Source: Synechococcus elongatus PCC 6301
GTDB taxonomy: Bacteria; Cyanobacteriota; Cyanobacteriia; Synechococcales; Synechococcaceae
Assembly: GCF_000010065.1 (NCBI RefSeq)
Contig: NC_006576.1
Coordinates: 450,001-482,000 of the forward strand
Length of the DNA stretch: 32,000 bases
Direction of reading: 5' to 3'
Part shown: positions 1 through 9,295 of the stretch, one piece after another
How positions within the stretch are numbered: the stretch's first letter is position 1
How the letters are laid out: the number at the start of each line of letters is the position of its first letter
Position numbers and translations under genes: made by a program
Notes under the pieces: generated by a model
The model's database searches: none
The model's input: the letters and a program-made list of their open reading frames with translations, nothing else
What the model was told of the DNA's origin: nothing

Positions 1-29
1 GGCATCAGTGCTACATTGGTAACTTGTCA

Positions 30-103
30 CGGGGCGTAGCGCAGCTTGGTAGCGCACCACTTTGGGGTAGTGGGGGTCGTGGGTTCAAATCCCGCCGCTC
101 CGA
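30..103 (+). tRNA. tRNA-Pro (anticodon GGG); CCA not encoded
   Basis: Manual cloverleaf. The acceptor stem CGGGGCG (30-36) pairs with CGCTCCG (96-102) with one G-U. D stem is GCGC/GCGC. Anticodon stem is CCACT/AGTGG with the 7-nt loop TTGGGGT, placing GGG at 64-66. The T-arm contains GGTTCAAATCC and the discriminator is A103. Confidence 0.9.
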
Positions 104-130
104 TTGAATCGGAATCACTCCAACATCACG

Positions 131-170
131 ATCAGGATGATTGAGTTCTCAGTCATCCTGATATTTTTTG
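131..170 (+). terminator. Rho-independent terminator downstream of tRNA-Pro
   Basis: A perfect 10-bp stem, ATCAGGATGA (131-140) with TCATCCTGAT (153-162), has a 12-nt loop. It is followed by A then TTTTTT (164-169). Confidence 0.8.
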
Positions 171-349
171 TCTGCATAGCAGGTAGTGGGTTAGATGGGA
201 CTGTTCCACAATGCCAAAAAGTCCTGCTATTCCCCTCTCCCTTCTCTCGAGGGTAGAAGAGCAACCGTTGGCTTGGAGGCGTGCTGCATCTTGATTGAAT
301 CGCCCGAGGGCAGTTGCACACAGCCCCTAGTTGGCAGTTGACCTGACCC

Positions 350-1381
350 CTAGAGCGAGAGCCGCGATCGCTGGTAGCGCGCTCCCCCGATCGCTGTCGC
401 TTCAGCAGTCTTCTGATTCCAGATCAGGCGATTGGCTTGGAGGCGCGCTTGATCCTTCGCGGAGAAGCTTTCGGCGTTGCCTTCTAGTTGAATCAACTGG
501 GCATTGAGATTGGCCTGCCCGCGATCGCCCCGAACTGTGGTCTGCTCAGCTGGGTAGAAGCCCTGGACCGCGACCGGGCTGTCGACCAAGTTTTGAGGTA
601 GATTCCAGCGCAAATCTTCACCCCGCAACTGGGCAACGGGATCCAGAGCATCGACCTCCACCTGCTGCTGCAGAATCAAAATTTGTGGATCGAGGAGAAG
701 TTCCCCCCGTTGCGATCGCCCTTGTCCCTTGAGCTGACTGCGATCGCGGCGTTCAGCCTGGAGCGGATTGGGGGCCAGCAAGCGTTTCTCAGCTAAGAGC
801 CAGCGGGGCGAGCTGGTTCGTAACTCCGACAGAATCTCCCCTTGCTTAAGGGTCGCTACCATCGGCCCGATCAATTCCAACTGTTGCTGACGGACATCAA
901 ACCGGCCTTCTTTGCCCTTGAGCACCACATCGCGATAGGTACCAATGACGTTGCGTCTGAGATCAAAGGTTTGCTGATTGGGCCGCCACTCCAGCTCCTC
1001 ACCCTTGAGAACCGCCCCCGGTGCCTGTTTTTGGCGAGCGATGACATTGCCACTGATGCGAATGATCTCGGCGTTTTCGCCCTCAATCGAGCCGCGATCG
1101 CCATCGATTTCGTAGAGCACCTTGCCGCTTTCATCGTAGAGAAAGCCGAGGGGCTTGGTTAGCTGCGCCGCACTTTTGTCGCTGTTATAGACAATCTGAG
1201 GAGTCCGCAGTTCCCAAGCAGGCTTGCCGGTGGGATTGGCCTGCCGCAGGGTAAAGTCCGTGAAACTGAGATCGGGTCGTTCAGCGCGTGGAGGCGCTGG
1301 CGGGGGCTCTTGGCAGGCCGTTAGCCCCAAACTGAGGGCTAACAGTAATGCAGACCAAAGCTGGCCCGATCGAAGCGTCAT
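350..1381 (-). CDS. LptC/LptA (OstA-like) family periplasmic lipoprotein, probably for LPS export
   Basis: The 364-aa track ORF spans 350-1444. The internal ATG at 1381 gives MTLRSGQLWSALLLALSLGLTAC, a lipoprotein-type signal peptide with a lipobox Cys. The rest has a repetitive beta-strand-rich pattern typical of OstA/LptC jellyroll folds. The family call is from pattern recognition only. Confidence 0.55.
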   Translation of the reverse strand: MTLRSGQLWSALLLALSLGLTACQEPPPAPPRAERPDLSFTDFTLRQANPTGKPAWELRTPQIVYNSDKSAAQLTKPLGFLYDESGKVLYEIDGDRGSIEGENAEIIRISGNVIARQKQAPGAVLKGEELEWRPNQQTFDLRRNVIGTYRDVVLKGKEGRFDVRQQQLELIGPMVATLKQGEILSELRTSSPRWLLAEKRLLAPNPLQAERRDRSQLKGQGRSQRGELLLDPQILILQQQVEVDALDPVAQLRGEDLRWNLPQNLVDSPVAVQGFYPAEQTTVRGDRGQANLNAQLIQLEGNAESFSAKDQARLQANRLIWNQKTAEATAIGGARYQRSRLSL

Positions 1382-1603
1382 CTCAAATCTCCGAGAAACC
1401 CCTGCCTCCAAGGAGGGCGGGATAGGCGCGTCTGTTACCGCCAACCCAGCGTAGCGCTAAAGAGTCGAGGGCGATCTGGCAATTTCAAGAACTGCGATCG
1501 GAGCGATCGCCCAAGACAAGAAGCCTGCAGGATTCAACCTGCACCAGTCCAAGATACAGGCCGGAGGCTGAATAGATTCACAATTAGGCCTCCGAGTGCT
1601 GCT

Positions 1604-2203
1604 TCAGGACGGGTTTACACTCTCGGGGGGCACTGCAACCGACCGGCTGTAAGGCTGACGTGGGAGCTTTTGAATGCTCGCTTTCAGGCTTTCGAGATCG
1701 ATGTAGCGATCGGCAACATTGATCAAGTTATCGCTGGTCATCGATCGCAGGCTGACGACTTCTACCCGCACGCCGCGATAGCCTACCACTTCCACCGCGT
1801 AGGCGAGATCTCCGTCGCCACTGACCAGCACCGCCGTGTCGTAGGTGCCGGCCAAGGCCAACATATCAACAGCGATTTCAACATCCAAGTTGGCTTTTTT
1901 TGTGCCGTCGGGCAGCTGGATCAAATCCTTCGCCACAACGCGATAGCCGTTACGACGCATCCACAACAGAAAGCCCTGTTGCTTCTCGTTGCTTCGATCC
2001 ACTCCGGTATAAAAGAACGATCGCAACAGACGCGATCCATTGGTCAAACAGGCCAACAACTTGGTGTAGTCAATTTCGATGCCGAGCTGCAAAGCCGCAT
2101 AAAACAGGTTAGAACCATCGATGAAGATGGCAATCCTGCCGCGGTTTTCAAGGATCGAAGCCGAACTAGAATAGCCAAGCGGTTCCTGAACAGTGGCCAT
2201 CAA
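1604..2203 (-). CDS. NYN-domain (LabA-like/DUF88) protein, a putative RNase-fold regulator
   Basis: The 199-aa ORF contains RIAIFIDGSNLFY...DVEIAVDM...VLVSGDGDLAYAV, the characteristic NYN/LabA acidic-residue motifs. It could be the labA paralogue lalA of S. elongatus, but I cannot confirm this from sequence alone. Confidence 0.8.
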   Translation of the reverse strand: MMATVQEPLGYSSSASILENRGRIAIFIDGSNLFYAALQLGIEIDYTKLLACLTNGSRLLRSFFYTGVDRSNEKQQGFLLWMRRNGYRVVAKDLIQLPDGTKKANLDVEIAVDMLALAGTYDTAVLVSGDGDLAYAVEVVGYRGVRVEVVSLRSMTSDNLINVADRYIDLESLKASIQKLPRQPYSRSVAVPPESVNPS

Positions 2204-2236
2204 AAGAAACCCTGCTGGTTATTAAAAAGGGATTTT

Positions 2237-2256
2237 AAAAAAGCGGCAAAACCGCC
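2237..2256 (-). terminator. Weak candidate terminator after metG
   Basis: On the minus strand a GCGG/CCGC 4-5 bp stem is followed by TTTTTT (the A-run 2237-2242 on plus). The stem is short, so support is weak. Confidence 0.3.
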
Positions 2257-2278
2257 CCCTCATTAAACAGCAAAAGTC

Positions 2279-3856
2279 CTAATCTGCGGGGGCTAATTCA
2301 AGGCTCCGAAAGACAGGACTGGGATCCAGGAACTGTTGAGCAGCCGGGAGAAAGCCCCAATGGCCGTGACTTTCGGGATCAAGCTGTTGGGCGATCGCAG
2401 GATCATTAAAATCTGCAACAAGTCCAAGCTGGCGGTAGATCTCTTGGCTGATCCCCGGCACGAGTGGTGACAGCCAATAGGCAGCCAAACGCACCGATTC
2501 CAGCACCGTGTAGAGAATTTCCTCAACCTTGGCCTGTTCACCCTGCTTAAAGCGTGTCCAAGGGGCTTCTTGGTCGAGGTAACGGTTGCCGGCCTGTACC
2601 AGCGCCAAAATTTGTCCGCAGGCTTCGCTGAAGGCCAAGCGATCGTAGGCGGATTTAACAGAATCAGTCAGAGCTTCACCTTGCTGGCGTAGCGGATTGT
2701 CAGCGGCGATCGCGGTACTCCCAAGCGGAATTTGGAGCTGACAGTAGCGCTTGGCCATGCTCAGGGTGCGGTTAAGCAAGTTACCAAGGTCATTGGCGAG
2801 ATCAGCATTGACGACGTTAACGAAGCGCGTCTCTTGATAGTCGCCGTCGCGGCCAAACTCAATCTCTTTGAGGAAGTAGTAGCGTACGGCATCGCTGCCA
2901 AAGCGATCGACCAGATCGAAGGGATCGAGGGTATTACCCAGACTCTTGCCCATCTTCAGACCATCTTTCGTCAGGAAGCCATGACCAAAGACGCGATCGG
3001 GCAGCGGCAGTCCTGCCGAAAGCAACATCGCCGGCCAGTAGACCGCATGGAAACGCAGAATGTCTTTGCCGATCAGGTGCAGATTGATCGGCCACCACTG
3101 ACTGAGGGCATTTTCCAGTGTTGGTTCCGCATCGGGATCGAGCAGCGCCGTCACATAACCCAGCAGCGCATCAAACCAGACGTAGAGCGTGTGCTTGGGA
3201 TTATCAGGAACCGCAAACCCCCACTCCAGATTGACCCGGGAAATCGAAAAATCCTGGAGGCCGCGCTCAACAAAACTCAGCACTTCATTGCGGCGGCTTT
3301 CCGGTTGGATGAAGTCAGGATTGGCAGCATAGTGGGCTTCCAGTGCTTCCTGATAGCGCGAGAGCCGGAAGAAGTAGTTTTCCTCGTCGCGCCACTCAAC
3401 CGCTTGGTTGGTGTGAATCGGGCAGCGCTTGTCTTCGAGTAGATCGCGCTCTTCTTTGAATTCTTCGCAGGCAACGCAATACCAACCTTGCTGCCGTCCA
3501 ACGTAAATGTCGCCTTGAGCCTCAACACGGCGATAGAAGACTTCCACGATCGCCTGATGACGGGGATCGGTGGTGCGGCTGAAGCGGTCGTAGCGGATGT
3601 TGAGCAGCTGCCAGAGGTCTTGGAAGCGAGCCACGATCGCATTGCAATGCTCTTGCGGTGGCTTGCCGTTCTTCTCCGCCGTGCGCTGAATCTTTTGGCC
3701 ATGCTCGTCGCTGCCGGTGATCATCAACACCCGATCTCCTTGCAGCCGATGGAAACGAGCGATCGCATCCGCCGCGATCGTGGTGTAGGCACTGCCGATG
3801 TGCGGCACATCGTTGACGTAGTAGAGAGGAGTCGTCAGGGCAAAAGTCGATGGCAT
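2279..3856 (-). CDS. metG: Methionyl-tRNA synthetase
   Basis: The 525-aa ORF has the N-terminal TTPLYYVNDVPHIGSAYTTIAAD (HIGH-type motif), the KMGKSLGN (KMSKS) motif, and a CxxC...CPIH zinc-knuckle region. Confidence 0.95.
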   Translation of the reverse strand: MPSTFALTTPLYYVNDVPHIGSAYTTIAADAIARFHRLQGDRVLMITGSDEHGQKIQRTAEKNGKPPQEHCNAIVARFQDLWQLLNIRYDRFSRTTDPRHQAIVEVFYRRVEAQGDIYVGRQQGWYCVACEEFKEERDLLEDKRCPIHTNQAVEWRDEENYFFRLSRYQEALEAHYAANPDFIQPESRRNEVLSFVERGLQDFSISRVNLEWGFAVPDNPKHTLYVWFDALLGYVTALLDPDAEPTLENALSQWWPINLHLIGKDILRFHAVYWPAMLLSAGLPLPDRVFGHGFLTKDGLKMGKSLGNTLDPFDLVDRFGSDAVRYYFLKEIEFGRDGDYQETRFVNVVNADLANDLGNLLNRTLSMAKRYCQLQIPLGSTAIAADNPLRQQGEALTDSVKSAYDRLAFSEACGQILALVQAGNRYLDQEAPWTRFKQGEQAKVEEILYTVLESVRLAAYWLSPLVPGISQEIYRQLGLVADFNDPAIAQQLDPESHGHWGFLPAAQQFLDPSPVFRSLELAPAD

Positions 3857-3992
3857 GAGCAGTGCAGGCAGAGAGAGGCCATCGGTCGATCTTAGCGATA
3901 AGCGCCCCCCGCACCGGTAGATTCGTCGCCTCTAGCACTGACATTGCGTGATCCCGCAGCTATAACCAAAAGACCCAGTTGGCGATCGCTCC

Positions 3993-4679
3993 ATGTCTGC
4001 TTCTGTTGATGACCCCCACTTGCTGGCTTGGCTACGCGGTCTCCTCTCGATTGCGCTGGCCGATGATGACTTTGAAAGCCACGAGCAGGATTTGCTCTGT
4101 GCGCTGACTCAAGAGATTTTGGGTCACCCTTGCGACCTCCAAGCCCTCGGCCCGATCAGTCCGTCCGATTTAGCGGCTGATCTTGGTGATGATCCCGAGC
4201 GCCGCGAAAATTATTTGCGCACGGCTGTGATGGTGGCACTGGCTGATGGGGTCTACACCCAAACCGAAGCAACCTTACTCCGCCAATTTGCCGCTGCTTT
4301 GTCTATGAAGACTGACGTCATTGACGCCCTTGAGCACACCCGCTGCGATCGCGAAGCTGCAGCGAGCGCTGAAACAGTCCCCATTGCTGACTTGCTAGCT
4401 CCCGTTCGCCATTGGCTCGATGACTTGCAGGTGCATGAGCCACGCCTGGCTCACTTCTTGGTCAAACTGATTCCGGCCCAATGTCCCTTCGAGCGGGATA
4501 TTGTTCTCTTTGGCCACAACCTGGTGCATATTCCGCCGCTGTGCAAACTCAACCCCCTCTACGAGCAGCTAGTCTCCCTGCGCCTTCGTGCCCTGTGCTA
4601 CCTAGCCGACGACTGCGGCGAGGATATCTCCGCCTATTGCTCTGCTGGATCGACGGAATCGGCTTCCTCCATCCTGTAA
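3993..4679 (+). CDS. Protein with a Mo-dependent nitrogenase C-terminal-like domain and a TerB-like N-terminal region
   Basis: The C-terminal half of this 228-aa ORF (RHWLDDL...KLIPAQCPFERDIVLFGHNLVHIPPLCKLNPLYEQL...CGEDIS) resembles the cyanobacterial Mo-nitro_C family. The N-terminus (LLAWLRGLLSIALADDDFESHEQDLL) looks TerB-like. Confidence 0.6.
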   Translation: MSASVDDPHLLAWLRGLLSIALADDDFESHEQDLLCALTQEILGHPCDLQALGPISPSDLAADLGDDPERRENYLRTAVMVALADGVYTQTEATLLRQFAAALSMKTDVIDALEHTRCDREAAASAETVPIADLLAPVRHWLDDLQVHEPRLAHFLVKLIPAQCPFERDIVLFGHNLVHIPPLCKLNPLYEQLVSLRLRALCYLADDCGEDISAYCSAGSTESASSIL

Positions 4680-4697
4680 AACCGATCGGCGATCGCT

Positions 4698-6455
4698 GTG
4701 CTTGAGACCCTTCGCACCGATGTTCTGATCGTGGGGGGCGGAACAGGCGGCACCGCTGCGGCACTTCAAGCGGCCCGCCGTGGGGCCCAGACGATTCTGG
4801 TCAGCGAAGGGCCTTGGTTGGGCGGCATGCTGACTTCTGCAGGAGTTAGTGCTCCTGATGGCAATGAACTACGAGCATTGCAGACAGGCATTTGGGGTGC
4901 GTTTCTCAAAGCCCTGCGCCAGCGTCAACCCGACGGGCTGAACCACGCTTGGGTTAGTTTCTTCACCTACGATCCTCGGGTCGGATCTCAGATTTTTGCC
5001 GACTGGGTGCGAGAACTCCCGAACCTAAAGTGGATCCAAGGCGATCGCCCGAGGGCAGTCATTGGCGATCGCGATCGCCTGCGGGGTGTGGAATTTGAGC
5101 GAGTGCGGATCGAAGCGCAAGTTGTCATTGATGCCACGGAACTGGGCGATCTGCTGGCGCTAGCCGATGTGCCCCACCGTTGGGGCTGGGAACCGCAGGA
5201 AGAGTGGCAAGAACCGAGTGCGCCGACGCTAGCGCAACTGGAAAGTGACAATCGCTATCAACGCTATCCGGTGCAGTCACCGACTTGGGTCGTGGTGATG
5301 GCAGATCAGAGTCAATCCGCTCCACCGATCCCCGCATCGACAAGCTACAACCCCGATCTCTTTGCGGGGGCTTGGCAGACGCCGGATGACCTCGCCTTTT
5401 TGGATTACGGTCGCCTGCCCGGCGATCGCTTCATGATCAACTGGCCGGGGCCGGGCAATGACTACGGCGAAGGCTTACAGCGATTAATTCAGGGCGATCG
5501 CGCCCATCAGGAATGGATGCAGGAGGCGATCGCTCATAGCCAAGCCTTTGCCCATCACATTCAAGCCCACTGGAGCGATCGCTATGGCTTGGCAAGAGAT
5601 CAGTTCCCACAGCAAGCGATCGGTGGGGGCGCCTTTGCCCTACAGCCCTACTACCGCGAAAGTCGGCGGGTAGTCGGTAGCTCAACTATTACGGAGTTAG
5701 ATCTGCTGCCGCTGCACCAAGGACAGGTAGCAAAACTGCCTTGTAATGCATCAGGACAAGTGTCTGCGATCGCGATCGGCAACTACGCCAACGATCATCA
5801 CTATCCCAATTGGGACTTTCGCCTGCAGCCCAAATCGATGCGCTGGGGCGGTCGCTGGACGGGAACGGCCTTCAGCCTGCCCTATGACTGTCTGTTACCG
5901 GTTCAGACTGAAGGGCTGCTCGTCTGTGAGAAAAATATTGCCGTTAGCCATATCGCCAACGGAGCGACTCGCCTTCAACCAGTGGTCTTGGGACTCGGGC
6001 AAGCGGCAGGCATGGCAGCTGCTTTGGCCGTGGAACAGAACTGTGATCCGCGATCGCTGTCGGTGCGAGATCTACAAGAAGCCTTGCTAACGGATTCTGA
6101 GGCTCCGCAGGCGATCGTGCCACTCTACGACACTCCGCCAGAGCATCCCGACTGGCTAACTCGTCAGCGCGCCTACCTCGATCGCCCTGAAGCCTATCCG
6201 GCAACAGGGGTGCATGGGGGAACGGCAGCAGCCTCGCTCATCTCTGCTAGAGCACAAACAGTCAGCGGGCAATTTGAGCGCTTGGGTGACCAAAATTATC
6301 AATTGGACGACGGCAAAACCGTTTGGCAATTAGTGACGCTCGATGCCAGCATTGATCAGCAATTCAAGGCATTGAGCGATCGACTGCCACTTGCAGTGGT
6401 AGGTCTAATAAACCCCGCTGGGCACTGGCTGATTGTCGAGGCCATCCACCCTTGA
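4698..6455 (+). CDS. FAD-dependent oxidoreductase (FAD_oxidored family)
   Basis: The 585-aa ORF starts at GTG. Its N-terminal dinucleotide-binding motif is VLIVGGGTGGTAAALQAARRG. The long ORF has host-like composition. Confidence 0.75.
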   Translation: MLETLRTDVLIVGGGTGGTAAALQAARRGAQTILVSEGPWLGGMLTSAGVSAPDGNELRALQTGIWGAFLKALRQRQPDGLNHAWVSFFTYDPRVGSQIFADWVRELPNLKWIQGDRPRAVIGDRDRLRGVEFERVRIEAQVVIDATELGDLLALADVPHRWGWEPQEEWQEPSAPTLAQLESDNRYQRYPVQSPTWVVVMADQSQSAPPIPASTSYNPDLFAGAWQTPDDLAFLDYGRLPGDRFMINWPGPGNDYGEGLQRLIQGDRAHQEWMQEAIAHSQAFAHHIQAHWSDRYGLARDQFPQQAIGGGAFALQPYYRESRRVVGSSTITELDLLPLHQGQVAKLPCNASGQVSAIAIGNYANDHHYPNWDFRLQPKSMRWGGRWTGTAFSLPYDCLLPVQTEGLLVCEKNIAVSHIANGATRLQPVVLGLGQAAGMAAALAVEQNCDPRSLSVRDLQEALLTDSEAPQAIVPLYDTPPEHPDWLTRQRAYLDRPEAYPATGVHGGTAAASLISARAQTVSGQFERLGDQNYQLDDGKTVWQLVTLDASIDQQFKALSDRLPLAVVGLINPAGHWLIVEAIHP

Positions 6456-6568
6456 CAGAGACCGGCGAGCGATCGTAGAACCCAAACACTCCCCTCGCAA
6501 GCAGCGTAAATTGGAGAGGTGTGTCCTTCATGGACAGTTTTGGGATTGATTAAGGCGAGGCATCGATA

Positions 6569-8239
6569 GTGCTCTATCTGGCTGAAGTCGGAAAGCGTGG
6601 CGGCTTGTTTGGGGGGAACAAAGTAGAGTTCCGCCTCATTGCTTTTCAGCGGCCGGACGAAGGGTGGCAGGTACTTCCTGAAGAAGAGGTCTTGGCCAGC
6701 GATAAAACCTGTGACTTCTCTCCAGGGGCACTAGTGCTACTTGACCTCAACAATTCGCGCCAGGTGCAGCGCATTCAAGAGGCCACTCAGCGCCTACTGG
6801 GGTTTCTGCGTGAGTTTTCGCGGCTGCAGGAGCGCTATCGCGCCCAAGAAGCGGAGGTAGAGCAGTGGAAGGAGTCTCTGAGCATTCAGAGTCAGGAACT
6901 CAGCCGCCGCCAGCAAGAATTTGAGAATCGTCAAGATCAACTGCAGCAACTGCAGGCAGAGTTGTTTCAGCTGGAGGAGCAAAAACAGGAAGCCCTCGCT
7001 ATTCAACAGCAGGCAGATGCCCTGCGGGCTGAACTCGATCGCCGCGATCGCGAGTTAAAAGAAGCTTGGCAAGAGCTTGAAATCCAGCGTCAAAGCTTTA
7101 GCAGCCAGCCCTTTGGCGCAGTCGCCTTTGCGCCGGAAACCCAGGCAGCAATCGCTCAGCTTGAGCAACAAATCGCGAACTGGCAGAACGACGATACCGT
7201 GCTGGCGGAACTCAGCAACAAAGTCACTGCAGCCCAGCAAGATCTCCAGTCACGCATTGCTTCATTGACCAATCCAGACCAGCCTGATGTTGGCAATCTG
7301 GAAAACCTGCAGCAGGCGCTGCAAGAACAACGGCGGCAGTTCCAAACTGCCCATCTGGAATGGATGAGCCAGCAAGCTCCCCCCGAGCAGGACAAGCATC
7401 AGTTGTCGGAAGAGCAGACCTTGCTGGCTGGGCTCGAGCAACGGCGGCGGGCAATCGCCCAAGCCTGTCAGCTGATCCATGCTCTGACAGGAGAAGCGAA
7501 TCGCAGCGAACTCGAGGCACTGCCCCTCGAGGAGTTGCAGGAACGGGTGGCTGCAGTCCAGCGAGACTACGATCGCATTTATTCCTTCGTCAACGATCAG
7601 GAAGAGGAGTTACGGCTCGAAACCGCTGATCTAGAAAAGCTACGTGCCAACCTCGAGCAAGCCAATGAACTGGAGCGGCTTTCCTTAGAAGGAGAGTTGA
7701 TCGAAGCCGAGCAACGCTGCCAGCTGCTGGATGAATCCTTGGTTGCCCGGCGACTGATTGCTCAAGAACGTCTCACTGTTTTGCAGCAGTACCAGCAGGT
7801 CTTGGAGGGGCGGCAGAGCGGCACCCCGATCGCGCCGGAAGTAGATCTTTCAGAACTGCGATCGCTCTTGGATCGGGAGCTACCGGATCTAGATGGCTTG
7901 ATTGCCAATGTTCAAGCTCGGGTTGAGAAATTGCAAGAGGACGTGGCGACCATTGAAGGCGGGATTCAAGCCAAGGCCGATCGCGTCTACCGTCTCAAAG
8001 AGACTGTCGAATCCACAGAAGAAAAGTGGCGCAACTGCGAGCTCCAAGTTGCTGAAATCAGAGGCTACAACCAAGCGATCGCCGCTTGCCGAGAGTGGCT
8101 GGAACAAATTGCCCAAACCTACTCGGAGGTCTACGGTGCGATCTGCACCCTAGCGGAGCAGCAACGTCAGCAACAAGCAGATCGCGCCGCTCTGCAACAG
8201 CAGTTAGCAGCGATCAGTCATCAACTGATTGCAGCCTAA
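6569..8239 (+). CDS. hmpF: Long coiled-coil protein, HmpF-like (pilus motility/taxis-associated)
   Basis: The 556-aa ORF has a GTG start preceded by GAGG. The N-terminus MLYLAEVGKRGGLFGGNKVEFRLIAFQR matches what I recall of the conserved HmpF/Slr1301-type N-terminus. The remainder is Q/E/L-rich heptad-like coiled coil. Confidence 0.6.
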   Translation: MLYLAEVGKRGGLFGGNKVEFRLIAFQRPDEGWQVLPEEEVLASDKTCDFSPGALVLLDLNNSRQVQRIQEATQRLLGFLREFSRLQERYRAQEAEVEQWKESLSIQSQELSRRQQEFENRQDQLQQLQAELFQLEEQKQEALAIQQQADALRAELDRRDRELKEAWQELEIQRQSFSSQPFGAVAFAPETQAAIAQLEQQIANWQNDDTVLAELSNKVTAAQQDLQSRIASLTNPDQPDVGNLENLQQALQEQRRQFQTAHLEWMSQQAPPEQDKHQLSEEQTLLAGLEQRRRAIAQACQLIHALTGEANRSELEALPLEELQERVAAVQRDYDRIYSFVNDQEEELRLETADLEKLRANLEQANELERLSLEGELIEAEQRCQLLDESLVARRLIAQERLTVLQQYQQVLEGRQSGTPIAPEVDLSELRSLLDRELPDLDGLIANVQARVEKLQEDVATIEGGIQAKADRVYRLKETVESTEEKWRNCELQVAEIRGYNQAIAACREWLEQIAQTYSEVYGAICTLAEQQRQQQADRAALQQQLAAISHQLIAA

Positions 8240-9224
8240 GCCAGTCCCCCGCGACTACCGCGACCCGTCTCTGGGGCAGGCTAGAGCTGCAGCTGCCTTG
8301 AGGCGCAGTGATCAGCTGGCGGAGTTCTTCGACCTGCACCGTGCTCGGCGATCGCTGCAGTTGATCCTGAAGGAAGGCATGCAAGACTCGCCTTTGGAGA
8401 GCGATCGGCTGTTGCGCCAATTGGGAACGACAAAGCCCCCTCTCGCTGAGGGATTGCTGATAGACCTGCTCAGTTAGTTCAGCCAGCCAGTCAGCTTCAT
8501 CGGCCAGCAGCTCAGCGGTATTGGCAAGGTGGCGATCGCATTGGGGATTGATCTGGCGCAGCTGCGGGAGAACTTCTAGCCGCAGGCGATTGCGGGCAAA
8601 GCGGCGATCGCGGTTGGTGCTGTCTTCCCAAACAGGTAATTGAAACTGCTGAACCATCTTGCTAGTTTCAGCGCGGGTAAAGCCCAAAAAGGGTCGCACC
8701 AAGGTGAGCCGATCGCTGAGCGATCGTTGCCAGCGCAGACTGGCCAACCCTTGCAGATGGCTGCCCCGCGTCAAGTTGTAGAGCAGGGTTTCGGCGCGAT
8801 CGCTGGCAGTGTGGCCGGTGACGAGTAAGGCAGCGTCGATGTCGGCCGCGATTGCCTCTAGGACCTGATAACGCCACGTTCGCGCTGCAGCTTCGCTCCT
8901 CGGTGGTTCCGGCGATCGCTGGCAGTAAAAGGGGAGCTGCCACTGATCCGCGAGCTGACGTAGATGCTCGGCATTCGCTGTGGAGTCCGATCGCCAGCCA
9001 TGGTCACAATGGGCGATCGCCAGGGACCAATGCCAGTGCGGTTGTAGACCCCGCAGTAGCTGCACTAACGCGAGGGAGTCCTGTCCGCCCGAAACGGCCA
9101 GTAAGAGGCGCGATCGGGTAGGCAGAAGCGATCTCCGCTGTAGGAGCTGATGCAGGCGGGCGTGAAAGGGAGTCCAGCAATCTGAGGACAAAGCGCTAGG
9201 CGACGGCAAAGGGCGATGCAACAA
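8214..9224 (-). CDS. tilS: tRNA(Ile)-lysidine synthetase
   Basis: The 336-aa ORF has the PP-loop motif LLLAVSGGQDSLAL and the downstream DHGWR and TGHTASDRAET motifs typical of TilS. Confidence 0.9.
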   Translation of the reverse strand: MLHRPLPSPSALSSDCWTPFHARLHQLLQRRSLLPTRSRLLLAVSGGQDSLALVQLLRGLQPHWHWSLAIAHCDHGWRSDSTANAEHLRQLADQWQLPFYCQRSPEPPRSEAAARTWRYQVLEAIAADIDAALLVTGHTASDRAETLLYNLTRGSHLQGLASLRWQRSLSDRLTLVRPFLGFTRAETSKMVQQFQLPVWEDSTNRDRRFARNRLRLEVLPQLRQINPQCDRHLANTAELLADEADWLAELTEQVYQQSLSERGLCRSQLAQQPIALQRRVLHAFLQDQLQRSPSTVQVEELRQLITAPQGSCSSSLPQRRVAVVAGDWLRLQSVDD

Positions 9225-9295
9225 TGGTAAGAATTCAGTTGCGCTTGCCCAAGCGATCGCAGCCTGAAGTTGGTCACTGCTGTTAGGAAATTGCT

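Noticed and set aside
115-321. 68-aa minus-strand ORF between tRNA-Pro and the LptC-like gene
   Set aside because: It overlaps the strong tRNA terminator hairpin. It has no recognisable RBS or family resemblance and an odd Cys/Pro-rich composition, so it is probably a chance ORF.
1559-1603. 7-bp stem (CGGAGGC/GCCTCCG) with an ~18-nt loop just downstream of the NYN gene
   Set aside because: The stem is short, the loop is large and no U-tract follows on the relevant strand, so support for calling it a terminator is insufficient.
1670-3442. Long antisense or alternative-frame ORFs (e.g. 1670-2266 +, 2732-3442 +; likewise 9065-9589 -, 9580-9966 -, 12906-13325 -, 24277-24663 +, 27666-28055 +, 30472-31113 -)
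   Set aside because: Each lies opposite to, or nested within, a gene with clear family motifs (NYN, MetRS, Ycf23, ChaC, TldD, RNase II, kinase). Such shadow ORFs are expected in GC-rich coding DNA, and their products are low-complexity Arg/Ala/Pro-rich.
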